Below the pieces are notes generated by a model. It saw only the letters and a program-made list of their open reading frames with translations. It did no database searches and had not been told where the DNA came from. A DNA stretch of 63,939 bases, counting the filler, from Saprolegnia diclina VS20 (taxonomy: Eukaryota): NCBI RefSeq assembly GCF_000281045.1. It is 10 parts of 3 records of this genome, joined end to end, with 100 filler letters (N's around TTAATTAATTAA, not from the genome) between each part and the next. Parts side by side here need not be neighbours in the genome. Positions count along the whole stretch, not along the records: positions 32,059 to 55,858 come from NW_008246156.1; 9 more parts are not named here. One strand, written 5' to 3'. Made by a program: the position numbers and the translations under genes. Positions 34,985-46,597 of the stretch are shown here, one piece after another (the stretch's first letter is position 1; every line of letters starts with the position of its first letter).

Positions 34985-37900
34985 ATGATCTGTGCCCGCC
35001 TGCTTGCGCTGTGGCGTTCGGCCCGCGCGTATGACGCACTCGCGGCCAAGTCGCCATTTTCGCACGCTTCAAGTAGCTCGAATGACGATGACGGCATCGT
35101 GGACGACTGCGACGCGACGATGGTGTCCCTGATCAAAGAGGGCAACGAGCCGCTGGTCTTGCATCGGCTGCAGCATCGGACGTACACATTAGAAGATCTT
35201 TGCACGATCGAGGTCGCCAAGCGTGCAGGTGTGTTCACACCTAGCTCACTGCACTTAGGGCGGCGAATCGGTCCTGTCGCTCGCCTGCGAGCGCGAGCAT
35301 TTGGACATTGTGACGCTCCTTCTGGACACGACGCCCTTCACCTTAATACCCGAGGTCCGTAGTTCATTTGCACAAGTGCTGATGTCATACAGTACGACAC
35401 GCGTCTTTTGAGCCGCGCGATGCGCATGGGCCACAGCGCGGTTCTGGAGCTGCTGCTCGCAAAGGTCCCCGACATCGACCTCAAGGTCCAGCGAGAGGTG
35501 AGGTCCGCTTGCATAGTGAGCGGTGCATTCATGTGGAGCAGGGCGCAGGCTCCTTGCTGCACTTGGCTGCGCAAGCTTCGAACACTGGCACGGGCAGCGC
35601 CATCGAATGGCTCCTTCCGCGCTTCCGGGACGTCAACATAACCGACGACGTACTTGAACATGCGAGAACTGGCGTGCGCTCATCGCACTCTTAGGACGGG
35701 AACACGCCGCTGCACATTGCCGCGCGCCACAACGCGGGCAATCTAAAGGCGCTTTTGAAGGCGGGTGCCGACATTGACGCCCGCAACAAGGTGTCACGGA
35801 CCCATACGATTTATGCAGCTGACAGCGTCCACTAGGCACGGGATACCCCACTGCATTTGGCTGCTGCGTGCGACAAGCGTACCTCAGTGTCTATTCTCTT
35901 ACGCGAGTCCGCCGCCATGGACGTGACGAACGAGGTCTGTTTTTGCGTCTCGTTCAACGTCTCCGAAGTGTCGTAGGCGGGCAAAACACCGCTGGATCTC
36001 GTGCAGAGTGACGAAGCCCGAACCCTGCTGACCAAAGAAGACACTTATCGACAGACGTGCCCAGGTCACCGCCTCGCACGCGCAGGCGACGTCGTGGGCA
36101 TGGACCTCTGGTTGCGCACCATCTTTGTGGGCGACTCGTTTGCGCAAGTGACGTGGCGCAGCGAGACGCATGCGTCGACATTGCTCGCCACCGTCGTGCC
36201 AACGCCAGCGATGAACGCGTACCAGCTCATTGGTGTCGCGGACGGCGTCCCCGTCCTTGGCACGTGGATAAGCAGCGATTTTCTCGAGCTCACGCTGGCG
36301 TATACGACCCAGTTGCGGCGCACGTTCAAAGGCCCCTTTGATTTAGCGGCAGGCATCTGGACAGGTGTGTGTGACGACGCGCCGTCATTGCACTACGCCT
36401 TTCCCAGCTACACCTGCGTCACGTGCGCGAACGAGGTGGTCCTCAACCAAGACGCGCCGTGCTTGACTTGTCTGCGTCTTGGCACGAAAGAGGCTGCGCT
36501 CGAGTATCGCCAACGCGTGGAGGCGGCCGCAGCGGCCGTCACGAAAGCCCTTCAAGTTCAAGAGACCGAGAACGTACATACTGGCGTGCTGCACGCTCCT
36601 CATCGACGACCATGTCGACTAGGAAAATGGAACAGTCGTCATGTGCGCCGCCTATGGCGGGCACGTGACCTTGCTTCAGCGTTTGCTTCCGTACTGTACC
36701 GAGGAGCTGCTTCACAAGAAGGACAAGGTAACTGCGTCACGCTCTCTACAAACGACGACGGTGCGCGCTAGCAAGAACGCACGGCGCTCGACATACTCGC
36801 ACTGCGTTGCGTGCCCTGCGCGGCCAAGGCCGCTGGTCAAAACAGCTCCGAGCTGGTGCATTTGCTCAATGAGATCTGTCGCATCAGTAAAGAGTCGCTT
36901 CCGGTGGAAATGTTGGTACCGTCCCTCTACTTCTCGTGATCTGGAAGCGAAGGCTCGTGTTGTAGTCTATGCACATCAGTGAAGCCCGGCTCCGCTGCTG
37001 CGTGACAGAAGTCGGAGACCACATCACGGCGCTGGCCAAAGCGAATCAGTGGGACGAGTTCAAGGCCGAAATTTTGCGAGCGCCAGACACCACGACGATC
37101 AACAGAGAGGTACGTGACGCCCATTTGATGCACCGTCGAAGACGCGTAGGACAACATCATCTGGCGCAAAGCGTGTGAACAAGGCCGTGCCGATGTCATT
37201 GCCCTTCTTTTGCTGCAGCCGCGGGGTCACAACATGCATGATATCATCTCGGTGAACGCTGTGCCGGCTGCCTCGGCGGCTGACACTGGTATGTAGAGAG
37301 GCAAGTCCGTGCTGTACTTTGCCGCCAAGTACGGCCACGCGCACTGCGTCGAGCAACTTCTACGCGCTGGCGTTCAGCCGTGGGAACTCGTGCGGGTGCG
37401 ACCTCTCCGCTGAGCGAGTTTGTACTATAAAGTGACTAGAGCAAACGTTTCCAAGTCAACAAAAAGCTCGTGTCGTACCCGGTGTGCCGGCGGCTCATCA
37501 TGGCCAAGCGAGAGGTCAAAGAGCAGGGGTTCCACCTGTACTTCACGGCCAACGTGCCCAGCGTCCAGGCTGTCCACGAGCTTCAAGCCGTACATCCTAC
37601 CTCCGCACGTCAAGAATCGACTCGGATATATCTCGTAGGCTGGTCGATCGGCTCTGCACGCAGCGGTGCTCTACAAACAGCAAGATGATGTGATTTTTGC
37701 ACTCGTGGAGAAGAAGCTCCTCAACGACATCGATCTGGTACGTCGTTTGCAAACTGNNNNNNNNNNNNNNNNNNNNNNNNNNNNNNNNNNNNNNNNNNNN
37801 NNNNNNNNNNNNNNNNNNNNNNNNNNNNNNNNNNNNNNNNNNNNNNNNNNNNNNNNNNNNNNNNNNNNNNNNNNNNNNNNNNNNNNNNNNNNNNNNNNNN

Positions 37901-40513
37901 NNNNNNNNNNNNNNNNNNNNNNNNNNNNNNNNNNNNNNNNNNNNNNNNNNNNNNNNNNNNNNNNNNNNNNNNNNNNNNNNNNNNNNNNNNNNNNNNNNNN
38001 NNNNNNNNNNNNNNNNNNNNNNNNNNNNNNNNNNNNNNNNNNNNNNNNNNNNNNNNNNNNNNNNNNNNNNNNNNNNNNNNNNNNNNNNNNNNNNNNNNNN
38101 NNNNNNNNNNNNNNNNNNNNNNNNNNNNNNNNNNNNNNNNNNNNNNNNNNNNNNNNNNNNNNNNNNNNNNNNNNNNNNNNNNNNNNNNNNNNNNNNGATC
38201 GCCCGAGTTTCGAGCGGCTTTTGCAGCGCATCTCGCGCTCAAGGACACGGACGAAGCGTTCACCAAGCAAGCTTTTCGCAAGGCGATTGCGTGCTCGCCA
38301 GCGCTTGGCCGATTGTTCCTCAACGACTGCGTCACGCTCGACCGTCGCGACATGCGGTTCAGTCAGGTACACAGCTCTTTTGACTATACTCATTCGTAGC
38401 GACTAACTATCAACTAACCGACTAGCTGGAGCACGTGTATGGTGTGACCGCCGACACGAGTGCGTTGCATGCAATTTTGAATTTGCAGTCCCCCGACCCA
38501 GCGCTGCTCCTCGACGCCAAGACCGAGTGTCTCGAGCATGTCGTAATGCTGCGTATTCTCCAGATCAAGTGGGAGCTCTTTGGCCAGCGCAAATACTTTG
38601 AGCAGCTGCTCATGAACGTCTTGCTCCTCGTCACGATGACCACGTCGTCGCTGCTCGTGGACGAGGCGAGTGTGGCGACCAACGGGATTCCGATGGTCGT
38701 CGGCACCTTGACGTTTGTCAGCGCGGCCGTTGGCTATTGCGTCTTGCAGCTGCTGCGTCCGGCGTCTCTCTACCGTCTCGCGCGCTACTGCTACGACGGT
38801 CAGCTCTCTCTGGACGTCTCGGCTCCGATCCCGCACCTCCCCAAGCACAAGGCTCGCGCCAGAGGGCTCTTGGTCCGAGCGTGGATGGGGCTGTCGCTAT
38901 CGATAGCGGTGCCCGTCATGGCTGGGCTCCTCTTGTCGGGTGTCGCTGCTGCCTATCCCAGATGCAACCACCTCGTTCTCTGGTGCACGTCGCTCTACTT
39001 TGTCGTCACAGAGCTCGAAGAAATGGTCTCGTCGGGCATCAAAGTCTACTGGTCGTCGCGCGTCAACCAGGCACAGCTGGTCACCAACCTCGCCGTCTTG
39101 CTGGTCTTTGTGCCCATGAAGGTTGGCCTTCTTCCAGCATCGTCGGCCGTGCAGACGGGCGTCGGCGGCGCCATCACGATCGGTCTCTGGATGCTCTCGC
39201 TTCAGTTTCTCGAAGTCGTGCCGGCCGCCGGCTACCTCCTCCCGATGATGTCCAAGCTGCTCGACGACGTCCGAAACTTCTTCATCTTCTTCAGCGTCGT
39301 CCAAATGGGTCTCACGATCACGTTCTACCAGCTCTTCCGCGACCAGGACGTCGATGCGTTCAGCACTCTGGGGTCGTCCTTCGTGACCACGTACTTTGTT
39401 GCGTTTGGCCAACTGCCTCTGGACGCCCTCGATGCTTTTGACGCGACTGACGGGTTCCTCTCGAATTGCACGCTACTGCTGATGATGCTGCACTCGGCCG
39501 TGGTGTGCATTCTGCTGCTCAACGTCCTGCTCGCTATGATGAACCAGACGGTCGACGGCGGTCTCGAGAAGGCCAAAACCGAGGCGCTCACGAGCTACGC
39601 CCAGTGCATCCTGCGCTTGGAGCAGTCGATGCGCCTCGACGCCGACGGGACGCAAGCGCTGTTGCATCTGACCGACAGCAAGACCCACGCGCGGGTGCTC
39701 AACCCAATCTTCTCGGAGGTCGTCTCGAACCTCGACATCTCGATGCGACCCGAGCACGAAGCGTCGATTCGACATGACAACACGCGCAAGCAGCAGTGTA
39801 AGACGACGCTGGCGTCGCTTCAAGCTACCATCGCCGAGCACATTGGCGACGCCACGAAAAAGCTGCGCCGAGTCGAGCATTTCAGCACGGATCCCGAGAT
39901 TCTCCGCGGGTTTCAACCCGAGTTGGACGCGATCGCGGCCGCCGAAGAGGCGCTCACGAGTCTGTTTGCCAAGGCGCACAAGCACCGCGGAGACGACGCG
40001 CCTGCCAAGCTCGAAGCGCTCAAGACAGGCATTCGCAATACAATTAGGACGCTCTCTGCAACGCTCGGCAAGGTGTGGGACGCGGAGACTGCGACGGCGA
40101 CGAGCACCCGCACCGAATGTCTCTGCTTGTTGGGTCTCGTTGCGACGACGACGGTGCACAAGCTGGTAGATGACATGCTCAACAAGATCTGCGAGACGCA
40201 AAATAGCGCAGCTCTCAAAACCGAGGACCAGCGCCACCAAACAGCCGAGGAGAAGGAGAAGGACGCCTCAAGGGGCCGAATCCGCGATTTGCGGTTCGAG
40301 TTGCAAGCTCGATTTGCGTCGCTCGAGACGAAGCTCACCGAGCACAACCAGGCACTCCGCGAGCAAAACGAGGCGCTCGCGCGGCAGCTCACAACAGCGC
40401 TCGAGCAACTTGGTCGTGCACCCGAGTCGCCGATCCGCACGCAGTCCTTTCCCGTCCTGGACCCGCGCGAGCGTGAACGCAGCAGCGCCGATGCGGAGCA
40501 CGATTCGCTCTAG
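34985..40513 (+). CDS. Ankyrin-repeat TRP-like cation channel, paralog B; multi-exon, spans a 440-N gap
   Basis: Ankyrin exons (GNTPLHIAA, DTPLHLAA, GKTPLDL, KSVLYFAAKYGH), pre-S1 VVMLRILQIKWELFG, several TM helices, pore FSTLGSSFVTTYFVAFGQ, S6 ILLLNVLLAMMNQT, C-terminal coiled coil. Confidence 0.85.
37757..38196. other. Scaffold gap (440 N)
   Basis: Run of N without a linker core, inside channel paralog B. Confidence 0.97.
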
Positions 40514-40867
40514 GTAGCGACTGACACAATATGAAGTCAGTGGCTTGCACCGCCCTGGTTTTGGTTAGATACTCAGACCAAAAAATGGCGGGAACGACCC
40601 GTCCACCGTCAACGTGACGGTGGGACGTCATATCGACACCACGCCGACGAGCTTCCTCGTCGGACTTTGTCCCATTCATTAGGCGAAGACCTTTCAGGTG
40701 GAACTCTGCTTTCTAGATCTGGGATGGTGTCCAGATCGTTGTCGTTCTGGTGGATCTCGGACGTTCTTTTAATGTGTTCTTTTTCTATTTTTTCGTTCTT
40801 TTTATAAAAATGGTGTTCTTTAAAAGCGACCCTTGGCTTGAAGATTCTCGACTTTGCCCATTTCAAA

Positions 40868-41695
40868 ATGGTCGTGGTCCAGATCAAGCTCGGCGAGCAA
40901 GACGGCTTCCTCTACGAGGCGACGTGCGCGACGCCCAACGACCATCTCGTGCGCGACCTCGTCCACGTGCACAACGCGCGCATCCGGCTCGCGAGCCTCA
41001 ACGCGTACGTGCCCGGGCTCTTCACGCACGGCGTGGCCAAGCACCCGCAGAACCAAGGCATCGACTCGTATGCAACCGACCAAGTGCGCAAGGAAGAGTT
41101 CTACGAAGAGGACCCGCTCGGCCAGCGCACGGGCAATGGCGTGTGCCCGAGCCTGCGCGAGACGCTCGGGCGCATGGTCGAGGACGTCAAGGCGTACCTC
41201 AAGAGCAACATGCGCGAGCCAGTGCTGCTGCCAGCGCTCCAGGAGAAGCTCGACAACTTTCGCGGGATCGTCATGATGGGCTTTCCAATGGGCCTTCCCG
41301 AGTACGACATTGTCCAAATGCTCTTGGACGGCAACGACGAGGAGGCACTCGCGGGCCTGCAGGCGAGCCAGGACCTCATGGACCCGGCCACCGCCGAGCT
41401 CTGGTGGGCGGGCAAGCAGTTCTTCCGCGACGATACGGTCGGCGACCGCGTCGGAAAGAACGAGAAGACCAAGGTCATTGCGCGCCTCGCCCGCAAGAGC
41501 GGCGGTGCGCCGCAGCGCGAGCCGGCCGTGTCCGAGGACGAGCGCAAGGCCATGATGGCGCACTACTTCAAGAAGCAAGAGGAGCTCAAGAAGCTCGCGG
41601 ACGAAGACGAAGACGACTACCTCCACTCGTCGTGGGCGAACCCGTCGGCGCTCAAGAACCAGCTCCGTGGCACCAACAACCTCCGCCCGTTCTAA
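40868..41695 (+). CDS. CFAP298: Cilia- and flagella-associated protein 298 (C21orf59/FBB18), intronless, 275 aa
   Basis: MVVVQIKLGEQDGFLYE, DPLGQRTGNG, FPMGLPEYD, LWWAGKQ, GKNEKTKVIARL, APQREP, DDYLHSSWANP. Confidence 0.92.
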   Translation: MVVVQIKLGEQDGFLYEATCATPNDHLVRDLVHVHNARIRLASLNAYVPGLFTHGVAKHPQNQGIDSYATDQVRKEEFYEEDPLGQRTGNGVCPSLRETLGRMVEDVKAYLKSNMREPVLLPALQEKLDNFRGIVMMGFPMGLPEYDIVQMLLDGNDEEALAGLQASQDLMDPATAELWWAGKQFFRDDTVGDRVGKNEKTKVIARLARKSGGAPQREPAVSEDERKAMMAHYFKKQEELKKLADEDEDDYLHSSWANPSALKNQLRGTNNLRPF

Positions 41696-41733
41696 GTACC
41701 CTGTGAACCAAATGATTTGTATAAACGCTAGCA

Positions 41734-44393
41734 TTACGAGTTGGAATGGCGCAGGAGCGGCGCCAACGACACGGTGCGCTTGGGTGGAACCGAAGGCGCG
41801 TCGCTGTCACTGTCCTTCCTCCTCTCGAGTCGCTCGAGCGAAATCGTCCGCGTCGGCGCCAGCTGGACCGTCCCCGCGCGACTTACGAAATGAACGCTTG
41901 TGAGGCCGCTCGGCGATCGCGCGGCCAGCGGTTCCCGCACGGGCTCGGCCGCTAGGAGCTCTGTGACTTTGGCGACAAGCGCGGCTTCGTTGCTCTCGAC
42001 AGGCGGAGCGGACTGGTCGATGGAAGCGGCCGACGAGTCTCGCAACGTCGAAGCGGCGTGTAAAATGGCTGCGACCGTGTCAGTCGTCACACGCGACACT
42101 ACGACGGCAAGCGCCTCGCGCTCGTCGGCCTCTGACGACGAGGAGGGCACCGCATCGAGGGTATCGCTAGCAAGCACCTCGACTGCCGCCAGCATCAGGT
42201 CCGGTTCGACAGCGACCACCGTCGGCTCGGTTACGACAACCGCACTCGTCGGTTCTGCTGCAACGACATCGGGATCCTCGGCGCCCGACCCGTCGCCGTC
42301 GTCATCGTCCTCGTCCACGTGATCGTGAATGGGCGCCGCCGATGGTTGCGTCGCAGTGATGGCGTCGACGCGATCCAGAATGTCGTCGTCGATCGCACTC
42401 TGGATGCGCATGAGGCGGTGGCTGCTCGTGTCCAACAGCGCTCTCTCGTCCAGCACGAGCGTGCTCTCTACTACCAAAGGAGCACCCATGGCTTTCGAGA
42501 ACGTTGTGCGCGTCTTGCGCGGCTCGATCACATCTGCCTCAGCGTCTACCACGAGCGGGGACCCAACCGGTTTGGAGAACGTGCTGCGCGTTTTCCGCGG
42601 ACTTGACGGCGGACTGCTCCCTTCATTCTGGTCCAGCGACACGAGCGGCGTCCCGATCGCACCGGCGGGCTTGGAGAATGTCGGGCGCGACCGCCGAACG
42701 TTCGAGCCAAGCCGCGCATCCGACGACGTATCGTCGATCGGAGCTTCAACCACGACCAACGGCACGCCCGCCGGCTTGGAAAACGTTGCGCGCGTCCGGC
42801 GGGTGTTGCCGATCGGAGCTGGGCTTGTTGGCTCTGGCGCGCTTGAGGCTTCGAGGTTGAGCAGCGGCATGCCGGGTGCCCCCAGCTGCTTGGAGAACGT
42901 AATGCGCGTCTTGCGCCCAACAAGGGGCGTTGCTGTCTGCGGAGCGTCGCTCGCCGGAGGTGACGCTGTTATGTCGTTGCTAACGGGCAGCGTAAAGTCG
43001 CCGATGACACTGCCGTCGCTGCTTCGCATGGACACCCCGCGGAGGTTATCGGCGATCTTGACCAAATTCAAGCGCTTGTCCTTGGTGAGAATATCGCGCA
43101 CGCACTTGTTGGTCGTCGCAACCACACGATCAATGTCGGCGCTGCGCAAGAGACTATGACAAAGGACATCGCAGTATGGTCCGGAGACGTACCCGGCGTT
43201 GATGAAGACCTCGAGCATGCGCCCGTCGCGCCGCTTGGCCGCCAAGTACAGTGGCGTCTCGTCGGCCGCATTGGCAATGTCAATGACGACGCCGGGGAGC
43301 GCCAGCAGCGCCTTGCAGCTCTCGATGCAGCCCTTGTCGGCGGCCATGTGCAGCGCTGTCATCCCGAGCGCGTTCACGACCTCACCGGGCGACGGCGTCG
43401 CTTTCACGAGCGCCACGCCGGCCGTGTCGTGGCCGTGTTTGAGCGCCGTGAGTAGCACCGTGTTGCCGTCTACAGCATCAACGTCTCGACTAAAATCCAA
43501 ATTTTCATCCAACGTACCGGCGTCGACGCGATCTTTGGCGGCGCCGGCGCCGAGCAGCATCACGAGCACGTGCGTGTGGCCGTACATGGCTGCTGCAAAG
43601 AGCGGCGGCGGCGTCTTGCCCGGCGCCGGCGACGTATTGAGAAGCGCGTCCATGGAAAAGTCGGCTGCTGCAAGCGCCGCTTGAAGGAGAAGCCCAACGC
43701 ACTCGAGGTGGCCGTTGGCGCACGCTGCAAGGAACGGCGAGAGCGACTGGTTCAAATCTGCTTGTGCGTTGTAGACGACGCCGACGGCGTTGACCAAGTG
43801 CAACTGCGGCGGCGACGGCGGCTGCAAAAGCAGCGCGACGATCGTGGCGAGGCCCTCGAGACAGGCGAGAAGGAGCGCCGAGACGTTCTTCTCGTTGACG
43901 AGGAGCGAGTCGGCGCCTTGCGAAAGCAAGTAGGCGGCGACGTCCGTCTGCGCGTACTGGCACGCATACACGAGCGGCGTGCTCTCCCACATGCCACGCA
44001 CGTTGAGCAGCTCGGGGTTGGCGGCCAAGATGTCTGTCACCTCGTCCAACGCGCCCTTTTTCACTGCAGTCGCCATAAGCCTAGGCATCCTAATCAATGA
44101 AATGCATGGTACCGTGGCGCAAGAGGATGGCCGCGGGCGACTCGTCGCTGTTGGTCGGCGCCGGCTCCTACAAGGCGCGTGGATGATCGTGGCCAAGGCG
44201 GCGAGCGTACCGGCGCCGACGCGATTGCATTGGGAAGGCCGATGGCCGGCGACGGCGCCGCCTACACCAGCCTGAGCCATGCAGCATGGTCGATACGCTC
44301 TACCTGCGCGGCGACTGCCGTCGTCTTGACGGGGCTGCCAGGCGGCTCGGTGAACTGCGTCACGTTCGTCGACCTCGATGCACAGGCGCCCAT
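41734..44393 (-). CDS. Predicted myristoylated/palmitoylated ankyrin-repeat protein with a disordered repeat-bearing tail; ~6 exons
   Basis: Spliced start MGACAS at 44393. Three ~45-50 nt introns lead in frame to AAILLRHVKKGALDEV. Ankyrins STPLVYAC, SPFLAACANGH, TALHMAADKG, ETPLYLAA. Two further in-frame introns. Confidence 0.8.
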
Positions 44394-44897
44394 GCCTTTT
44401 GCGCGTTACGCGCCGAAAACAGCACGGCCGTTTCCGGTGTCTACACGCACGCAACTTGGCCATCGCAATCGTCGTTTTCGTGTTGCGTGATAGTCACCGG
44501 CGCCATGCGGTCCCCGACAAGGCTCAAGTGGGTACGCCGTCGGGTCGCGCCGGCAAACAAACGGTCGGCAGCTCTCCAAATTGGCTCAAATTTGGGTGTT
44601 TTTGGTGCCCTGCCAGCTTCAAGCACATGGCCGTCGGCGCGGAAGAGGATCGGGCCGGACCGTCGCCCCGCCGCGTGGCCGCCGACCGCTCCCGAACGCT
44701 CTCTGATCCCGAATCTGACGACGCACTTCAACCTCAACGACCACCCACGGTCGCCATGTGGCGCGGCTTCGAGTACCGCTCGCTCGGGGCACGACCCCTG
44801 CAGCACAAGCCAAGGAATTCTTGCGGCGTCGCTTTTTTAAATATTTAAATAGGCGCGCGCGCCCGTACCAATGCGGGCGCGCGCGCAGCATGCAAGT

Positions 44898-45416
44898 CTA
44901 TGCATTCTCGGTGGCCCAGTTGTAGAGCGTGTAGTTTTCGGTCGGGATGTCACGGCAGGCGCGGACAAAGAGCATCTCTTCGACGCTCGGGCGCGCGATC
45001 GGCGAGATCGACCGGTCAATGTCCTCGGCGGTGCCCACGCACACGTCGTCCGAGAACGACACCTTGCGCACGCGCTCGAGCATCTCTTCGTCGTCGCTCT
45101 CAGCTTGGTTCGACTCGTAGCGCTGGTTGTTGACTTTCGAGAGAATGCCACGGCGGCTCTCTTTCGCAATGAGGCGCGTCGTCGCTTCGACCTTGGCGAG
45201 GATGCGGAACGCGCAGCCATACTGCTGCAGGTCCATGCAGCGCTTGGCGAGCACATAGGATTTCTGGACAAAGGCCATCGCGTCGGCGAGCTCTTCCGGC
45301 GACTTGAGCTCGTGGTCGCCGACGTCCTGCGGCGTCATCTTGCGGCGCTTCTCGGGCGACGCGAGCGGCGCGTCCACGCGCTGATGGCCCGCGACGACCT
45401 GGAGCTTGGGAGACAT
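44898..45416 (-). CDS. Hypothetical protein with RVxF-type motif (172 aa)
   Basis: Clean ORF with GC3 bias, containing RVRKVSFSDDV. Confidence 0.7.
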   Translation of the reverse strand: MSPKLQVVAGHQRVDAPLASPEKRRKMTPQDVGDHELKSPEELADAMAFVQKSYVLAKRCMDLQQYGCAFRILAKVEATTRLIAKESRRGILSKVNNQRYESNQAESDDEEMLERVRKVSFSDDVCVGTAEDIDRSISPIARPSVEEMLFVRACRDIPTENYTLYNWATENA

Positions 45417-46597
45417 GGACAAATTTTGGAGCAAAATCGCAAATACTCAAGCAATTTCTCGAAGTGGCCAGTCCGGATACAAGTATCGTATCCGGCATGC
45501 AAGCCGTGATCGTGTCGAGGCCGTAATAGAATACAGCGTTGGAATATTTTTTATATTTTTGAATCGTATTTTAAAAAAGTCGCACGAGTGCGTCGGGAGT
45601 GGTCGACGAATAATTTAAAAAATGCATCCCGCGCCTTTTATTATTGCAAGCTCCTCGGCGTATTGTATTTGAGGCAGCGTCGACGGTGATGGACCTGGGT
45701 GCTGTGCTAAAAAAACACTCGCACGTGGCATTTCTATAACCGCGCGGTACGCGGGGAATAGACACCAGAAGTATTATAATTTTTCGTTTTTTAAATACAA
45801 CGAATATATCATAATTTGGGGAGAGGCATTTTATTTTATTATTTGATGTAGAATCTGGAGCCCAGGGTCGGTCGTTGACTGCAAGCAGATGGCCGACCGC
45901 CGACGTCAGCGGACCATGCAATTATCGAAGCTTCGCGCGATAAGAAAGGGCGAACCAAGCTGTAGCGAAGTAGGGACTGGAGGAGCGAGACAGTCCCGGG
46001 CTTTGGTTCGCAGACGCTCCTCGTGCACAGAGTCCTATACTCGACTGATTGAAGATGACTAACTAATTACATATCGATTTTGCGATGCGAGATGCACTGG
46101 CGTCAGCCATTTCGAGCCACCCACGCGTTCGGATGCTCAAATAAAACGGACGGCCATGACGTGGCACCACCGCAGCGCGCGCCAATGGGTGGCGACGGAC
46201 TTGTCAAGATCGGGCCAGATTCGCTCCGACAAGCGCGCTCGATGCTGCTTCTCGACGGAAGCAGCGCGAGACCGCGGTGTCGATACAGGATTCGCGGTGC
46301 AGAGGTGGACGTCGATCCTGCTCGGTGCAGAGGTAGCTACCGCGGAGGAAGCTTGGCACACGATCTCCGGCGACGGTGTAGTTGATAGGGTATCCAAACG
46401 AGTGGCTCTGCGTCAGGTTCTAGAAGGTCGAATCATGGGCTTCGATGCTACTGCTAGTCCATTGACCTCAACCGAGTCGGTTGAGATACGACCTACTCTT
46501 AAGATCGAATACGATCTGGGGCGGCGTACAGGTATGTGAACACTCGATGCACATTTGGGGTATCAACAATTGCGGGACTACTTTGTCGACGGGAGTT

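Noticed and set aside
44070..44463. N-terminal part of the 909-aa ORF (MAKLRAC...)
   Set aside because: A spliced model starting MGACAS at 44393 with typical ~45-50 nt introns explains the region better.
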